A stretch of 64,000 nt of DNA, from NCBI GenBank assembly GCA_012862495.1, contig BLSG01000137.1, positions 146,586 through 210,585 of the forward strand. The letters are read 5' to 3'. The notes beneath the pieces were generated by a model. That model did no database searches, was not told where the DNA came from, and saw nothing but the letters and a program-made list of their open reading frames with translations. How positions within the stretch are numbered: the stretch's first letter is position 1; each line of letters starts with the position of its first letter. This DNA is from Thraustochytrium aureum (taxonomy: Eukaryota). Of the stretch, positions 10,612 through 22,833 are shown piece after piece. Position numbers and translations under genes: made by a program.

Positions 10612-12354
10612 ATGAATTGCCAAGTACCTCCAAACCCTGCAACCGTGACATCTGATCCGTTGCAGCGAGAGTGCCATGATGAGTTTGGCTGTAGCCAAGT
10701 CCGCAACGCCTGCCGGTGCGTGGCGCGGCGCAAAGCGAGGCCGACGCAGCACATCATGGCGGGGGCCCTCGAGCTGCCCCGGTCTGCTTCGAGCAGAGTC
10801 CAAGCTGGGGCCGGCGCACGAATTCTGACGCAGCCGAGCAATGCCAAAGCGCACTTGGGCGTTGTTTTCGCGCAGGCGACGTGCCTGACGATCAAACTCG
10901 CCACCTTTGGATGCTGCGCGGCGCTCTTGTGTCTTGCGACATTTTGGGTTCCACGGCTGTACACAGACGCTGGCGGCAGTAGGTACGTCGTCAACGTGAC
11001 TGCAGGAGAGCGCGTTTACATGGAGCCGCGCAACCAAACCAGCACAATGGCCATGGCAGTCGAACTCACCTCTGTCGTCACAAGAGTGTACTTTCCCGCG
11101 TCCTTTCTCTTGTACTTGGATTTTTCAAGGACGCGCTTTGCGATTGTAGTGTCTGCCGTTCTCCTTGCCTGGTTCGGCGCCTACCTCGCGGCTCCGAGGA
11201 GCATGGCTGGCGTTCTGCTTCCTACCGTCGCCGGCCATTTGAGCATTTATCTACTCCTTCCGCGCAACAACAAGCTAGGCTGGCTTCTCATTGGCCTCAG
11301 CTTCATGGGAGTCCTAGTTACCGCGTTTTGGAGCGTGGTGGGGCTCCTGCACATGGCAGACGACACAAACAGGGTTTTAATGGCCTGCTTTGTGTTTCCG
11401 GTCACACGCGAGGTGGTAACCGGGCTCGCACGATTCTTTTCGCGCCAGATTGCTCTGCGAGACGACCCCACCGGGACCGGGACCAGGGGCACGGTGAATA
11501 GACAAGCCGACTGGGCGTTTTTCCTCTGGGCGCAGTGCGGCGTTGCTCTTTTCGTCAGGGTTTTCTTCGCCTCATTTCAGAGCTCCACAACTCTGTTTCT
11601 TGTCATCTCCTTCCAGAGCGTCTTTGAAGTCGTGAGCCGGCTCACGCTGGACCGGCGCGACAACTTTATCAAGAGACTCAAGGCCGCTGCGCTAAAGCGT
11701 CTTGTAGGTGCGCGCCACAAGAAGAGCGTGGTGGTCCTTTCGCTCAAACTGGCGGGCTCGGCAAAGATCGGGCCGCTACGATCCCTGCAAGGCGTTCACG
11801 AGGGGGCGACGAAGCTCGCAGAGTCTGTGCAGGAGCATGCGCTGGCCCATAAAATGTTTTCTTCGGAATTCATTGTTGGTGAGATGCTGGCCGAGTACTC
11901 GGCCATTTTTTTGACGCCAATGGTGGTCATCTTGGCCCGAAACTACCCGCTTCACTTCCCGTTCGAGGCGTACGCCTCCATGGACAACTTTTTCGCCCAG
12001 GGCATCGACTACAAGGAGCTTTTGGAGTCGGTCCTGGTGCAGCTCGCCTTCGAGCTCGTTGTCGACGTAGCTTGCGCTGCTTTCGAGACGCGTCGGGGCT
12101 ACAATCTGGACCTGGCCTGGGAAGCGCGGCCCTGGTACCTGCTCCTGCTACTCGGCGCTGGGTCGCTCACCATTGCCAGCGAGGTTTGCCTCACGATTGT
12201 GTACAAGGCAGCGATGCGTTCACACGACATGACGCCGTGCTTTGTGGGGCACCTCGACATGTGTGAGTGCAGAATCGGACTCGGTGACACGCGCCTCGCA
12301 TACTGCGACTACCTCAGCACGCTCACCAACATCTCGGCACCAACGCCAACTTAA
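10612..12354 (+). CDS. Multi-pass membrane protein of unknown function
   Basis: 580-codon ORF with about 10-12 hydrophobic segments. No family motif recognised and the start is uncertain. Confidence 0.7.
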   Translation: MNCQVPPNPATVTSDPLQRECHDEFGCSQVRNACRCVARRKARPTQHIMAGALELPRSASSRVQAGAGARILTQPSNAKAHLGVVFAQATCLTIKLATFGCCAALLCLATFWVPRLYTDAGGSRYVVNVTAGERVYMEPRNQTSTMAMAVELTSVVTRVYFPASFLLYLDFSRTRFAIVVSAVLLAWFGAYLAAPRSMAGVLLPTVAGHLSIYLLLPRNNKLGWLLIGLSFMGVLVTAFWSVVGLLHMADDTNRVLMACFVFPVTREVVTGLARFFSRQIALRDDPTGTGTRGTVNRQADWAFFLWAQCGVALFVRVFFASFQSSTTLFLVISFQSVFEVVSRLTLDRRDNFIKRLKAAALKRLVGARHKKSVVVLSLKLAGSAKIGPLRSLQGVHEGATKLAESVQEHALAHKMFSSEFIVGEMLAEYSAIFLTPMVVILARNYPLHFPFEAYASMDNFFAQGIDYKELLESVLVQLAFELVVDVACAAFETRRGYNLDLAWEARPWYLLLLLGAGSLTIASEVCLTIVYKAAMRSHDMTPCFVGHLDMCECRIGLGDTRLAYCDYLSTLTNISAPTPT

Positions 12355-12852
12355 CGGCTGCAGTAGTCTCGCTCGACCGCCCTGCAATCAGTGGCCTCAG
12401 GCGATTGGCCAGACCAAACGCTGTGCTCCGCTTGGAGGACAACTCCACGACGATGCGTGAGTACCACCTTCACCTGCAGAGCAGAGCACAGCAGGTACAT
12501 TACTAGCTAGTACAAAAGTAATGTGAGCTGCTAGCTGCTAGAGTAAGTACCAACAACGCGTCGTCCTTGGCGTGCGTCCTTGGCCGCCGCCTGCGCATGG
12601 CGGGCTGCAGGGTGTTGGACTCAAGCGCTCACAATCTCTGAACTCCTTCCGTTTGCGACTCGATTCGAATCATGACATGCGTCAGACCTCAGACCCCCAT
12701 CGAAGGCAGCCCGCGAACAGAGCCCGCAACGAACACGAACGCCCAGAAGGAACGCACAGGACGAGACGCAGGTAACAGCGGCGGGCTCTACGTCTGCGTC
12801 GCGCTGCCGGCGTGTGAGACTTGTCGACCGTTCCTCGACGAAGAGTCGGAAA

Positions 12853-13176
12853 ATGGGGCTGGGATGGACCGCTCGACTAGGCGTCGTGGCGCTCGCCGCG
12901 CTCGTGGCCGGGGCCCAGGCGATCGGGAACTGTCGCGAGGACCTGGTCTGCGAGAACTTGCCGGAGCGCGTCGGCGATACCTGCTCGTGCTGGAGCACGT
13001 GCCACGTGACGGCCAAAGGACGCAAGTGCGACTCGCAAAACCCAAAGTGGTCGGGGTACAACCGCACGAGGGTTGGCGAGAACGATGTTGGGTGCTCGTT
13101 CGTGCCCTTCGCGGAGAACAGCCGGGACCTTTGCGTTTGGTACTTTAACGGCGGGACTGGACCCTCGAGGCCGTGA
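12853..13176 (+). CDS. Small secreted cysteine-rich protein
   Basis: Signal peptide MGLGWTARLGVVALAALVAGAQA, mature part about 84 aa with 8 Cys and an N-glycosylation sequon NRT. Confidence 0.7.
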   Translation: MGLGWTARLGVVALAALVAGAQAIGNCREDLVCENLPERVGDTCSCWSTCHVTAKGRKCDSQNPKWSGYNRTRVGENDVGCSFVPFAENSRDLCVWYFNGGTGPSRP

Positions 13177-13408
13177 CGCTTCGATAGGCGTGGAAGGCCA
13201 GCCGCGCGGGCCCTCGACGCGGCGATTCGCTGTTGTAGCCCGGGCGCGAGGGATAGTTTGAAAGGATTTTTTCGTTCCGATGTTAGCTCGTTCCGAGTGT
13301 CGGCTTGCTTTGCTCGCGCTCCGCGCGCCTGTCGGCCTGGACCGGGTCGGCCCGTCCAGCCTCCGCTTAGCTGAAAGCTGAAAGAGCGAATCTCTACTAG
13401 AGCGCTCG

Positions 13409-16400
13409 CTACAGGGAACCACAGCCGCTGATTCCAGCCTTGTGCGCAGAGCCAGGCCGCCCTCCCAGCATGTACAGGTAGTCGCAAGGGTGGATCACGA
13501 CGGTGCCCGGCGGATTGACGACGACGACTGGCTTGCGCGTCTTTGTCCCATCCACCCCATGGCCATAGCCGCGGTTCAGACCAAGGCACATTGACCGGTG
13601 CTTGATCAGGCAAAAGTCGAACAACAGACTGTACTGCTTGCCGTGAAACTCCCGCGGGATCTTCACGAGGCGAAGGCCGTGCGAGAGGTCCGGCGACTCG
13701 CTCCGCCGCCCGCACTGAACTAAAAGGGACATGAGTATGCTCCACACGAATGTCGCCTCCCCGCCAACAAAGCCAGAAAAGACGATGAAGAAGAAGCTGC
13801 TCGCCGACCAGACTTCACCCGCAGCGTATGCCTCGTCGAAGAGAAGAGGCCACACCGTGTAAGAGACTTTAGCAAGCGCGCGGAGAGCGTCACCCTGACC
13901 TTTACGAACGACCTGCTTCTTATGGCGCGCCTCTCGCGAGCCCCAGAGCCGCCGCCCCAGGCCGCCGCGAGCGCTCCTGAGCGCTCACCTCGCATCGCGA
14001 ACTCTTCGCGGTGCGTGGTCAAGTTGGCGTCGCTTACAATGAGGCGGCGCCAGATCGACTCGTGCAGGTATTGCCCGTTTTCGGCGTGGTTCACGTGGGT
14101 GTGGACACGTAGCGCAATCAGCTTGTGCCGCGCGATCAGTTGCTGCACGGCTCGATGGGACTGGATCGTGTATCTATCCACGTCAGCGGGGTCGATTGGC
14201 TGATTGGGGTTGCTCGAGCTGGGCATGTAGCTCGCGTAAAAGTCGTTCAGGATGACAATGTCGCACGCCTCGCGGAGGCCCGCCCGAAGCAGGTCCCGCC
14301 CTACGCTTGACTCTCCCAGCATCCAGTAGACGCCGCCAACAGCAGCAATTTGCTCCCAGACGTAGTCACTCGGCGGTTCCTTCACGACCCACAGTATCTC
14401 GCGACGGACAGTGCCGGCAATATGGTGCCGCTGCCGCGCCTTGACAAAGTAGACGATCGGCGAGCGTGCAGGGGCGCAGAGGATGCAGTGGCGGGCCGCG
14501 CCTCTCCCATTTGCCGCGGACGGGAGGTCCTTGTAGCTCGAAACAAAAGCCTCGTCAAGGCTGCGATGTGCTCCCTCAGCGCCGAGACTCTTCGCGCTTC
14601 GCGGCGCAGAGTTGCTGTTGTCGTTGTTGCCGTTGTCGTCGTCGTCGTTGTTGTTGTTTGCGCCGTCTTCGCTCTTTCCCGCGCCCACATCTTCGACCGG
14701 CCGCTGGTCGCGCGGCGTTGAAGCATCTGCCGCGCTGTTTTCTTCACGCTTGGCTTGCTCCTTGGCTTGCTGTTCATCAGCCTCGATGTCCGGGTTGAGC
14801 GCCGGCTCTGTCGAGGTTGTCGGATCAACATCATCTATCTCGGGACCAGTCCAGTTTTCTCCAGAGGCCGACAGCTTGCCATCCGGCTTTTCATCTGCGC
14901 AACCAGAGCCCCGGGAGGCTGAGGAATTCGTGTCTGCCGCCTCGTCGGAATCTGCCTCGGTTGGCTCTGCCAAGCGATGGTCGATGAGCTGGTCGATTCC
15001 AGGCGCTGCGCTCTCGTCAGACGAGAACTCCATGCTAGCAGTTGTAGGTGCTGGCCCTCCGCCGGCACGTCGCTTGCTCTGCCTGGAAGAGGCCAACTTT
15101 GCAAGGCCTGCTGCACGCTTGTTGAGGCGCGTTTGCTTACTCCTTGGCGCCTTGGTGCGATACACAAAGGCGCCAGTCCCTCGGGAATCGTCGCAGGAGC
15201 TCGCATTGTACTCGTCCTTCTCGACGTTGAACAGCTGGTCCAGGCTAGCACCGCGGCCCACAAAAACGATGTGGTCCCTCTCTTTCACGCGCTCGTCGAG
15301 CGCGTCAAAGAGGTCGAAATTGCGCGCGCCCAAGTTGTGCGCATCCTCTTCCCCTTTGACGCAGAGCAAAAGCACATGAAAGTCGCGAGAGGCAACCAGA
15401 GCCAGTTCGTGCCGTGTCCACCCAATAAAGGGGTTGTTTGCTCGAACGAGCATCACCTCGAGTTCGTTTTGAAGCCCGTTGGTGTAGTCCCGGATCAACG
15501 ACTCGGCGGTGACATCCAGCGCGCAGGCGCACTCGTTCTCCCCGGACCCAGCGCGAATGTCCCGGTTGCTTGTGAACAGTGTGCAGTGGCGGTTCTTCGA
15601 AAGGAAGCCTGCCTTTTCGCCCTTGAGCCGCGCGGATCTGGGGCTTGCGATCCCGCACTGTGAGGCATAGGTCTCTGGTCAAGGTCGCAGGCCGAGCCAG
15701 CGTTGTTGGAATCGCGGTCCGATGTCACGGGAGCACCTGCTAGATGGCATCGCGTCGGGCTGTCAACCTCAAAGCGCGGACGGGTGCCGTCGTCGCGATT
15801 CTCGCCTTGGTCGCGCGATTTGTTTTCGTCGATGGTGATCTCAATGTCCTCAGCGAACCGGCCGTTATCATCGCCGCCATCCTCGTCACTGTCGCGAAAT
15901 GCAGGCAACACAACCTCGCGGTCCTCTCCGATGAATAAATTGCTCATGAGCGTGCTAAAGCCGGGTACCAGACAGGAGGCAGCCAATACTTCTTGCTGGA
16001 AGCTGTCCACACAAAGCGTCAGGAAGTGTCGGTCTGCCATCTGCGGCGACTGCGGCGCCGAGTGAAACCCGCCCGTCTCCAGCGCGTCCGTGTCCAGAGC
16101 GCCCTCTAGGAGGTAGCGCTGGTTGACCTGGTGAAACAATACGATGATGAGCAACTGGTCGTCCAAGAGGCGCTGGTGGGCCGACCAGGAGCGAAGCAGG
16201 GTGCGGTAGTCGCGCGAGTACAACCGGTTGCGCGCCTGCGCTGTGCGCTGCACGCGGTCCAACTGGAACCGGATCTGAGCTGCCTTTTCTCGCGAGCGGC
16301 AGCTCTCGCTCAGCTCGACTTCGCGGAAAGGGAGCGAGCTGCTCGAAGCGCTTGTCGTCGCCGTCGCGTCGTCAAAGATGTGGAGGGTTGGTAGAACGAA

Positions 16401-17776
16401 GACTGCTGCAGCTTGTGAGATTTGACAGCGCCAAAGATCGTGGCTGTCGAGCAGGGAGCCCTCGATCAGGCTGATGTAGCTCTTCTGGTACCCGATGTCC
16501 ACCTTGTTGACAACCGAGTCGGCCAACTCGTTGTCGCTCATCAGGACGACATAGGCGGCCGAGTCGAGGATTCGAAGACCGGTCTCCTCCATCGCGCTGT
16601 CATCACCGGTGGCCGCGTTCCCGCGGCTGTGGTCGTTGCTGAGAAAGTTGAGCCGGAGCGAAAAGCCGTCATCCGACTTCCCGGAGAGGGCCCGGACCAA
16701 CCTGCGCGCGCGCCGCACCGGGTTGAAGTAGTAGAGCGTGTGGTTGATGAGGTGCGAGTCCATGTAGCCGTGCACGACAACGTGTGACTCGTGCACTCTT
16801 GATGAGAACTTGGCGTGGCGCCTGTCGCGCGATTTCAACACAAAGGCGGTGATGCGGCCCACGCTGTACGGCAGAAGGATCACGAACACGATTATCGATA
16901 GCAGGGCTACCAAGCGAGCGATTTCGTTGACAGCAACTACATCCCCGTAGCCAACCGTAGAGACAGTTGCCACGAGCCAGTAGGCGCTGCTCAGGAAGCC
17001 CATGCACGCGTACTCCGCTTGGTTGTCGTCGCCGAGGACAAAGATTGTCGGCTTGAGCGGAAAGTTATTTTGCGCCCATTCGAAGAGCGCAATCATAGTG
17101 ATTCCAATCGCCAAGGCAGAAGCCACGAAAAGGGTAACTTCTCCTCTCAGCGACTGCTGCGAGAGGATGAAGCCGAGCTCGAAGCGGAAGATCCAAATCC
17201 GCAAGAATGACGCATTGTACCACTCGCGCATGGGGGCGTAAAACACGGAGACGATGAACGGGACCGCGGTCACGATGTCTATGAGAACGTTGACGTAGAC
17301 CGTGTGGCGGAACTTGTGCGAGCCGGCGTACAGGATTCGGAATGGCATCCACACAAAGAACGTCAGGAACGCGAGGACTGTTTGAGCCACCCAAATCCCG
17401 AACGAGCGCGGGGTTTGCAGTGGCCCTGAGGGATGCGCATTGCTATCAAAGCATGGACCGCCATCCTTGTTCACGTCGGCCTGCCGCTCCGCAAAGTACA
17501 GCGACACCCAGACTATATCGAGCACGCACGGCAGGAGAAAGACTAGGGCCCACCCCGCCCACCCGAGGCGCTGCAGGAAAACAGCAGCCGCGTCCTTATC
17601 CGCCTAAACTTGCGCACGACGACAGCCCTCCACTTCCAGGGCCTCGTCACCTCCGCGCAGCAGGTCCGCTTGTTCGCTTTCGCGTCGCGACGAGGAGCAT
17701 TCTCGTCAGTCCCTCCCGCATCCCACTCGGCGTCGCCGTTCACGCTGCCCTCCATCTCCTCGGACGCGCGCAGCAT
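13409..17776 (-). CDS. Calcium-activated (BK/Slo-type) potassium channel with RCK-like domains; several frameshifts
   Basis: TM helices, S4-like FLRIWIFR, pore TVSTVGYGD, RCK motifs (HVVVHG, GSLLDSHDLWRCQISQAAAVFVL, LAASCLVPGFSTLMSNL, DLLRAGLREACDIVIL) and C-terminal VVVNPPGTVVIHPCDYLYML. Spread over ORFs 17543-17875, 15495-17525, 13720-15498 and 13409-13855. Confidence 0.88.
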
Positions 17777-18225
17777 CTTCGCGAGGCAGCGAGCTCGTTG
17801 CCCGCGTACGCGAGCTGGTGCACTTGGAGGCCTGAGGACTCTGTCGTGGGTTTTGATGGATGCTGCGTGTTTCACGCTCTCAACCGGACTTGCACGTCAA
17901 TGAAAAGGAAGAAGGGAAACAGTGGGACGCGGCCTTGACGCATCTGCGGGCAAGGCGTGCCGATGCGGACGACGATGCCGGCGCAGAGCCTGACAACGGC
18001 AACTGCCAAAGGTTGATCGCGATCGCGGGCATCTCAAGCTAGAGCAAAAGCAGAGCTTTCTAAAGCTACATGGCGTTCTGGAGCTCGACAACTTGATGCT
18101 CGTCAGGGGCATTGTGCCAGGAAAACGGGCATGCTTGCAACGCGCTGCGTGCCATGGCGCGATTGGATGCGGCGCGGCGCGGCGGCGGACGTCGGCTTGC
18201 TTGCTTCCTTCCTCGATGTGCTGGC

Positions 18226-18248
18226 TCAGTTGTCACGATCTGGCACGC

Positions 18249-18283
<35 letters not shown>

Positions 18284-21200
18284 AAGAACTTGAGCAGGTG
18301 GGGCGTTGCTTCAAGTGACTGCGTCGCGCCAACGCGGCTCACCGGCTGCGCCTCTGGCGTGAGCTCGCCCCCGCAGTGCTCCCTGATGGCCTTGGCGCGA
18401 GCAGCACTTCCAAGGACGCTCCTTGATCGACCGGGTGGCGCGTTAGCCCCGCCAGAGCAGTTTTCGGAGGGCGCCACGCCGTGACCGTCGATCGCCGATA
18501 GCTTGGTTGTGCGCGTCATCGGCTGGCAACGCGCTTGCTGCGCGCGACGGCTGGCGCGCAGCGCTTTGGCGCGCTGGGCGCGAGCTGCGACTGAAAAACC
18601 GGCCAGAAACGACTCGGAGCGCGGAGAAGAACTCGTGCGAGGGCAGTGCCGGGTCCTCGCAAAAGTACTCGAGCAGGTCAGCGTACTTGGCGCGAGCATT
18701 CGCGATTCGCAACCCCAAGTCGCGCAGTCGGTGTTGAGTCGTGCGCGTAAAAGCGCGCAGGGCCGAGAGTCCGGCTTGGTCGCGCTCTGACCTTGCGCTG
18801 CCGTCCGAGTCCAGCTCCGCGGTCTTGGTTGCGCGCATGGCTGTCTGTAGTCCCAAGTGCAGCGCCGACTCCTCGGCCGTGAGGGCATCAAAGTGAAGAC
18901 GTTTTGCCTGCGGCAGAGCAGAGAGCTCCTGCTCGGCATCGACGACCTCGGGTACTCTCTTGGCTGCGAACGAGGCCACAAAGTCCAAAATGGTCGTCTG
19001 CTTGTTGAACGCCTTGGTGTGGCCCAGTTTGAGCAGAGAAGCGACAGTAAAGCCCTGGACTTGGCCCCGCCCCTCTGCGTTGATCTTGTTGCCAATCAAA
19101 AGGACGACCTGGAGGAGCTTTTGCAGCGCCTGGCTTTCCCTGGCCTGGGTGCAGGCACTGTTGAAGAGAGCAATTTGCGCGTCGAGACCCGCGAGGCGCT
19201 CGTCGAGCTCGGCGCGGAAAAGCATGGCCTCGAGCCGTGGCGCCGGAAGTTTGACCGCGCGAACGAGCTGGTAGCAAAACTGCTCGGCCTCAGCGAGGCC
19301 GCCCGCGTCGCCGCTGAATGTGAGAAGCTTGTTCGACTCCTCGACGGTCGGGAGCATTTTCGAGTGCTTGATAACACCAAGCTGTTCCTGGCCCAGGACT
19401 TGACCGTCAAACGCGTTGAGCGCATCGCAGACAGCCCGCGGTTCAAGGCGGAGCTTTTTCAGCGCAATGCAGATGTTTTGCACGCGCTTCGGGGAAAGCA
19501 AGGCGCTCTTCTGCACGGCGGCCCGAGCGTGAGCAGCGCGCCTAGCGCCAGACGAGCCGTCGGTGTCAGGTTTCTCTGTGAACAAGCGCTCGAGCTCGCG
19601 CATGTCGGGATCGAGCTCATTGTCGATCACCCTTGTCGGGGAAAGCAGGCCCGACTCGAGCGCGCCGAAGCTCTCCGCGCTCGCGCCAGAGTCTCGACGG
19701 TCTTTGCGCGCTCTAAACTTGGCTACCGAGCGGCTTACCGCCCATATCGAGTCTTCCTTGAAGCGATCTTCAGGGATGGCTTCCCAGTGGATCTGCTTTC
19801 GCCGCGCTTTCTGCTGGACCGGCGTAGACTTTTCGCCCGTGCATTGCGCGCTCGTGTCAGGGCCAGCGATGCCCAAAACCAGCGGGTCGAGGCCCTCCAT
19901 TGTCATTTTCACGCGCACGGCGCCCGCTGGGATGCCCATCTTGAGCATTTTCGCAAAGCGAGAGTATTCCTCCGATTGAGCTTGTGCTTCGCGCTCCGCG
20001 TCGCCGGCCCTTTGCGGTGGCAACGGGTTTGCTCGACCTGCCCGCTTCGGAGGGACCATCTCGGGGAACAGTGGGGCAGGGTCCAGGCCCGCCTCTGAGA
20101 GCTTGGCGAGCACAGCTGCTCGTGGAACGCCGACTCTAATCATGCGGCTGAACTTGTTGTACGGCGAGTCAGCAGCTCGGTCCTGGGGATGCGTCGTGAG
20201 CTCATGGAGCGCGGGCGAGAGCTTTGTTGCCAGCTCTGCCGATACGGTGGCCGCTTGAACTTGTTCCTCGGGCGAGGACGACAGGCACAGAGGTCGCTCG
20301 GTGGTTTGAAGGGGCGATGGTCTTGCGGCCGCGCTCTTTCGGGCGACGCCACAGCGCTGTGGGGGAGTGGACACTTGGGCGACGATCTCGCCAAGCAGGG
20401 CTTGCATCTCTGGCGTGAGTGCAGCAACGTCGGCCTCCCCGGCAACATTCCGGGATTCCGGGCGCGTTTGGTCCGCGCTGTCTGCCTCGATGTCGTCCAG
20501 GATACGCTGAAACTCCTCCGTGAGCTCAAATCCTGGCTCGGCGTCGTCCGAGTCGGCCACCCGCGCCGTCCGGCGCGTAGGAGAGACGCGCTGAGCTTCG
20601 TAGCAGGCACCGCGGAGCGTCGGTGATCCCGCAATATGGGGCGAAAGGGCCGCACGGTGCATGATCGGTGTGAAACCAATGTGTGGCGATGACGGCGAGC
20701 AGAGGTTGAGGCATCGCATCGCGCCACTCTCATCACGAGGGCTCGTTTCGACGGCAGGGGGGCGCGCGAGGCCTTCATCAGCCTCAAAAGCAACGCGAAG
20801 ACGCCGCTTTGCCTCGAAGAGCGAGTTGTTGGTCGTCTGCAGCATAAACTGTGCCTCCAGCTCGTTGAACCCTTCACCTTGGACCTGTTGGCAGAGGTCC
20901 GGGTCAGGGTCCACAAAGTGAATTCTGGTCAGGGTTTCAAGCGCAATTGAGTCGTCCTCAGGGGACCTGGAGAGGACCTGAGCGAGATCGCGGGACGGCC
21001 GCGCGGCGCCGCAACGCGCAGACTGGATCACGAGGTCCATCTTGAAGTTTTCGCCAAGCGCGCTGCGGTGCGCCGTGTCTACGATGGACGCCCCTACGGT
21101 GTAGACGCCGTTTCCGCTCAAGAGAAAGCCCGTGTGGAACACGTAGCGGAAAAGGGACTTGGACGTGTTGCCAGCGAACACGCACTCGACCTCGACGTCG

Positions 21201-22081
21201 CCGAAGAGCACAGTGTCGGTCTTGAGCACAACCTTGCCCTCGCGCGGGCACCAGTGCACGCGCGAATCTGTTGCCGCAGAGCTGCAGTACACAAGTTCTC
21301 TCCGGTTTAGCCCGCACTGATAGACCCTGACGATTGGCTGGACGCTGCGAGCGATGTCGTCCTCCGAGGGCCCGAAGAGCGAGAAGAGCGTTGGCTCCAC
21401 CAGGCCCTGGTCGGTCGTGCAGGGCAGATTGTCTATCAAGATCATGTACAGTGCCATTGGTTGCGATTGAAGCGGGTATTGGTTGCACAGCGCGCTCTGC
21501 GCTTTGTCGATGAAGTGCCTCAGCGACGGTTGCGCGCGAGACAAGACGGAGAGCGCGTCGACGCGCTGCCCCAACCGCCGATGGTAAAAGTGCTCAAGGG
21601 CGTGGTGCGTCGTGTCGAACCTACCGAGGAACGTTAGGAGGACTGCGACGAAGACCCGCGTGCCCTGAACGCCGCTGTTGCAAAAGGCTGCCACCATGTT
21701 GGCCGGGTCCGCGTCGAGCCAGTGCTGCACCGCGTGGCACAAGAGGAACACGCTTTCCAGGGAAGGGAACCGCTCCAAATCGCACTCGAGCACTTGGTAC
21801 TGGAAGCGGTGGTAGTCGAGCGCCTGGTTGCCCTCGGGCGAGGCCAGGTTGACCACCAGAAAGTGTTCCCCGTGTCTTTCCTCCAAGCACTGCGCGAGCA
21901 GCGCGGCATTGTTTCGCCTCGCCTCGCGCTCTGTGCGCCGCTCCCATGGCCTCCCCACGACCGCAACCCTGTCGTCCACATAGGCGATATCAACGTTTAC
22001 GAAGGCCGCGTCGTCTTCGCGGCGCGGCGTCGTGGCCTTGCCGCTCCCCCCGAACAGCGACGAAAAGCTGAAAACATCCAT
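18226..22081 (-). CDS. Formin with N-terminal PTEN-like/C2 domain and C-terminal FH2 domain; frameshift near 18615
   Basis: PTEN-like (DIAYVDDRV, FLVVNL, WLDADPANMVAAFC, LFRYVFHTGF) and FH2 (KQIHWEAI, DSIW, LLSPKRVQNICIALKKL, LLIGNKIN...GFTVASLLKL, YFCED). The C-terminus continues in ORF 18226-19095 and ends in poly-Q. Confidence 0.92.
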
Positions 22082-22346
22082 GCCACAAGCCAAAAGCACA
22101 ACTTGTCAAAGGCGGCGCAGCCACGCCACGCCCGCGCTCGCTTATCGGGTCTGTCCTGCGGCGCTCCACCGGGATCATCGCCACCGACTGTCCCACTGGC
22201 CAGAGCGTAACGGCTACCTTCCAAGACCACGGTACGGCAATTCAGTATATTGACCCAAGAGTCAGCGCTCGCATCATTGCTTATCTAGATACTGAATTTC
22301 AGTACACGGGCGCGAGCACACGCCACGAGAGCGTTTGCACACTCAA

Positions 22347-22456
22347 GGGGTAGTAGGGCACTCCTCTTCAGCTGCCGTATTAATTTGTCGTATTTTTTTT
22401 ATCAGAATATAGTCGTTTGTACCGGCGGCATATGGTAAAGTATCCTAGTGTACCCC
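22347..22456. mobile_element. Candidate degenerate MITE (about 110 bp)
   Basis: Imperfect terminal inverted repeats (GGGGTAGTAGGGCACT versus revcomp GGGGTACACTAGGATACT; internal GCTGCCGTA versus GCCGCCGGTA), AT-rich core, and CAA on both flanks (22344-22346, 22457-22459). Confidence 0.3.
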
Positions 22457-22650
22457 CAAGAGCCAACTGGGCGTGCGCCACACTAAAAGCAAAAGCCCCA
22501 ACGCGACATTGACAGCCCAGATGCTGCAGACACCGAACGCAGAGCAGCAAGCAGCAAGCGGCACGCGGGAGCAGCAGGACAGCAGGAGCAGCAGGAGCAA
22601 ACGAGGGAACCAGATACAGAGTGCTTACCTCGGCAAGACCGAAGCGCGCA

Positions 22651-22833
22651 ATGGTGCGTCTCGTGGAGCTCCTCGTGGTGGTGCTGGTGGCCGTCGTCGG
22701 CTCGGCCAACGCCACGTCGCTGCGCGGCGCGCACCCGGGCAATGACGTCGAGTTCATGGAGGAGTACCACAAGATGAAGGGGTTTGACGAGTCGATCTGG
22801 CTCGAGGGTGTGCCGGCTGCGGCCGAGAACTGA
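22651..22833 (+). CDS. Small secreted peptide (60 aa)
   Basis: Signal peptide MVRLVELLVVVLVAVVGSANA followed by TSLRG. Strongly G/C-ending codons. Confidence 0.6.
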   Translation: MVRLVELLVVVLVAVVGSANATSLRGAHPGNDVEFMEEYHKMKGFDESIWLEGVPAAAEN

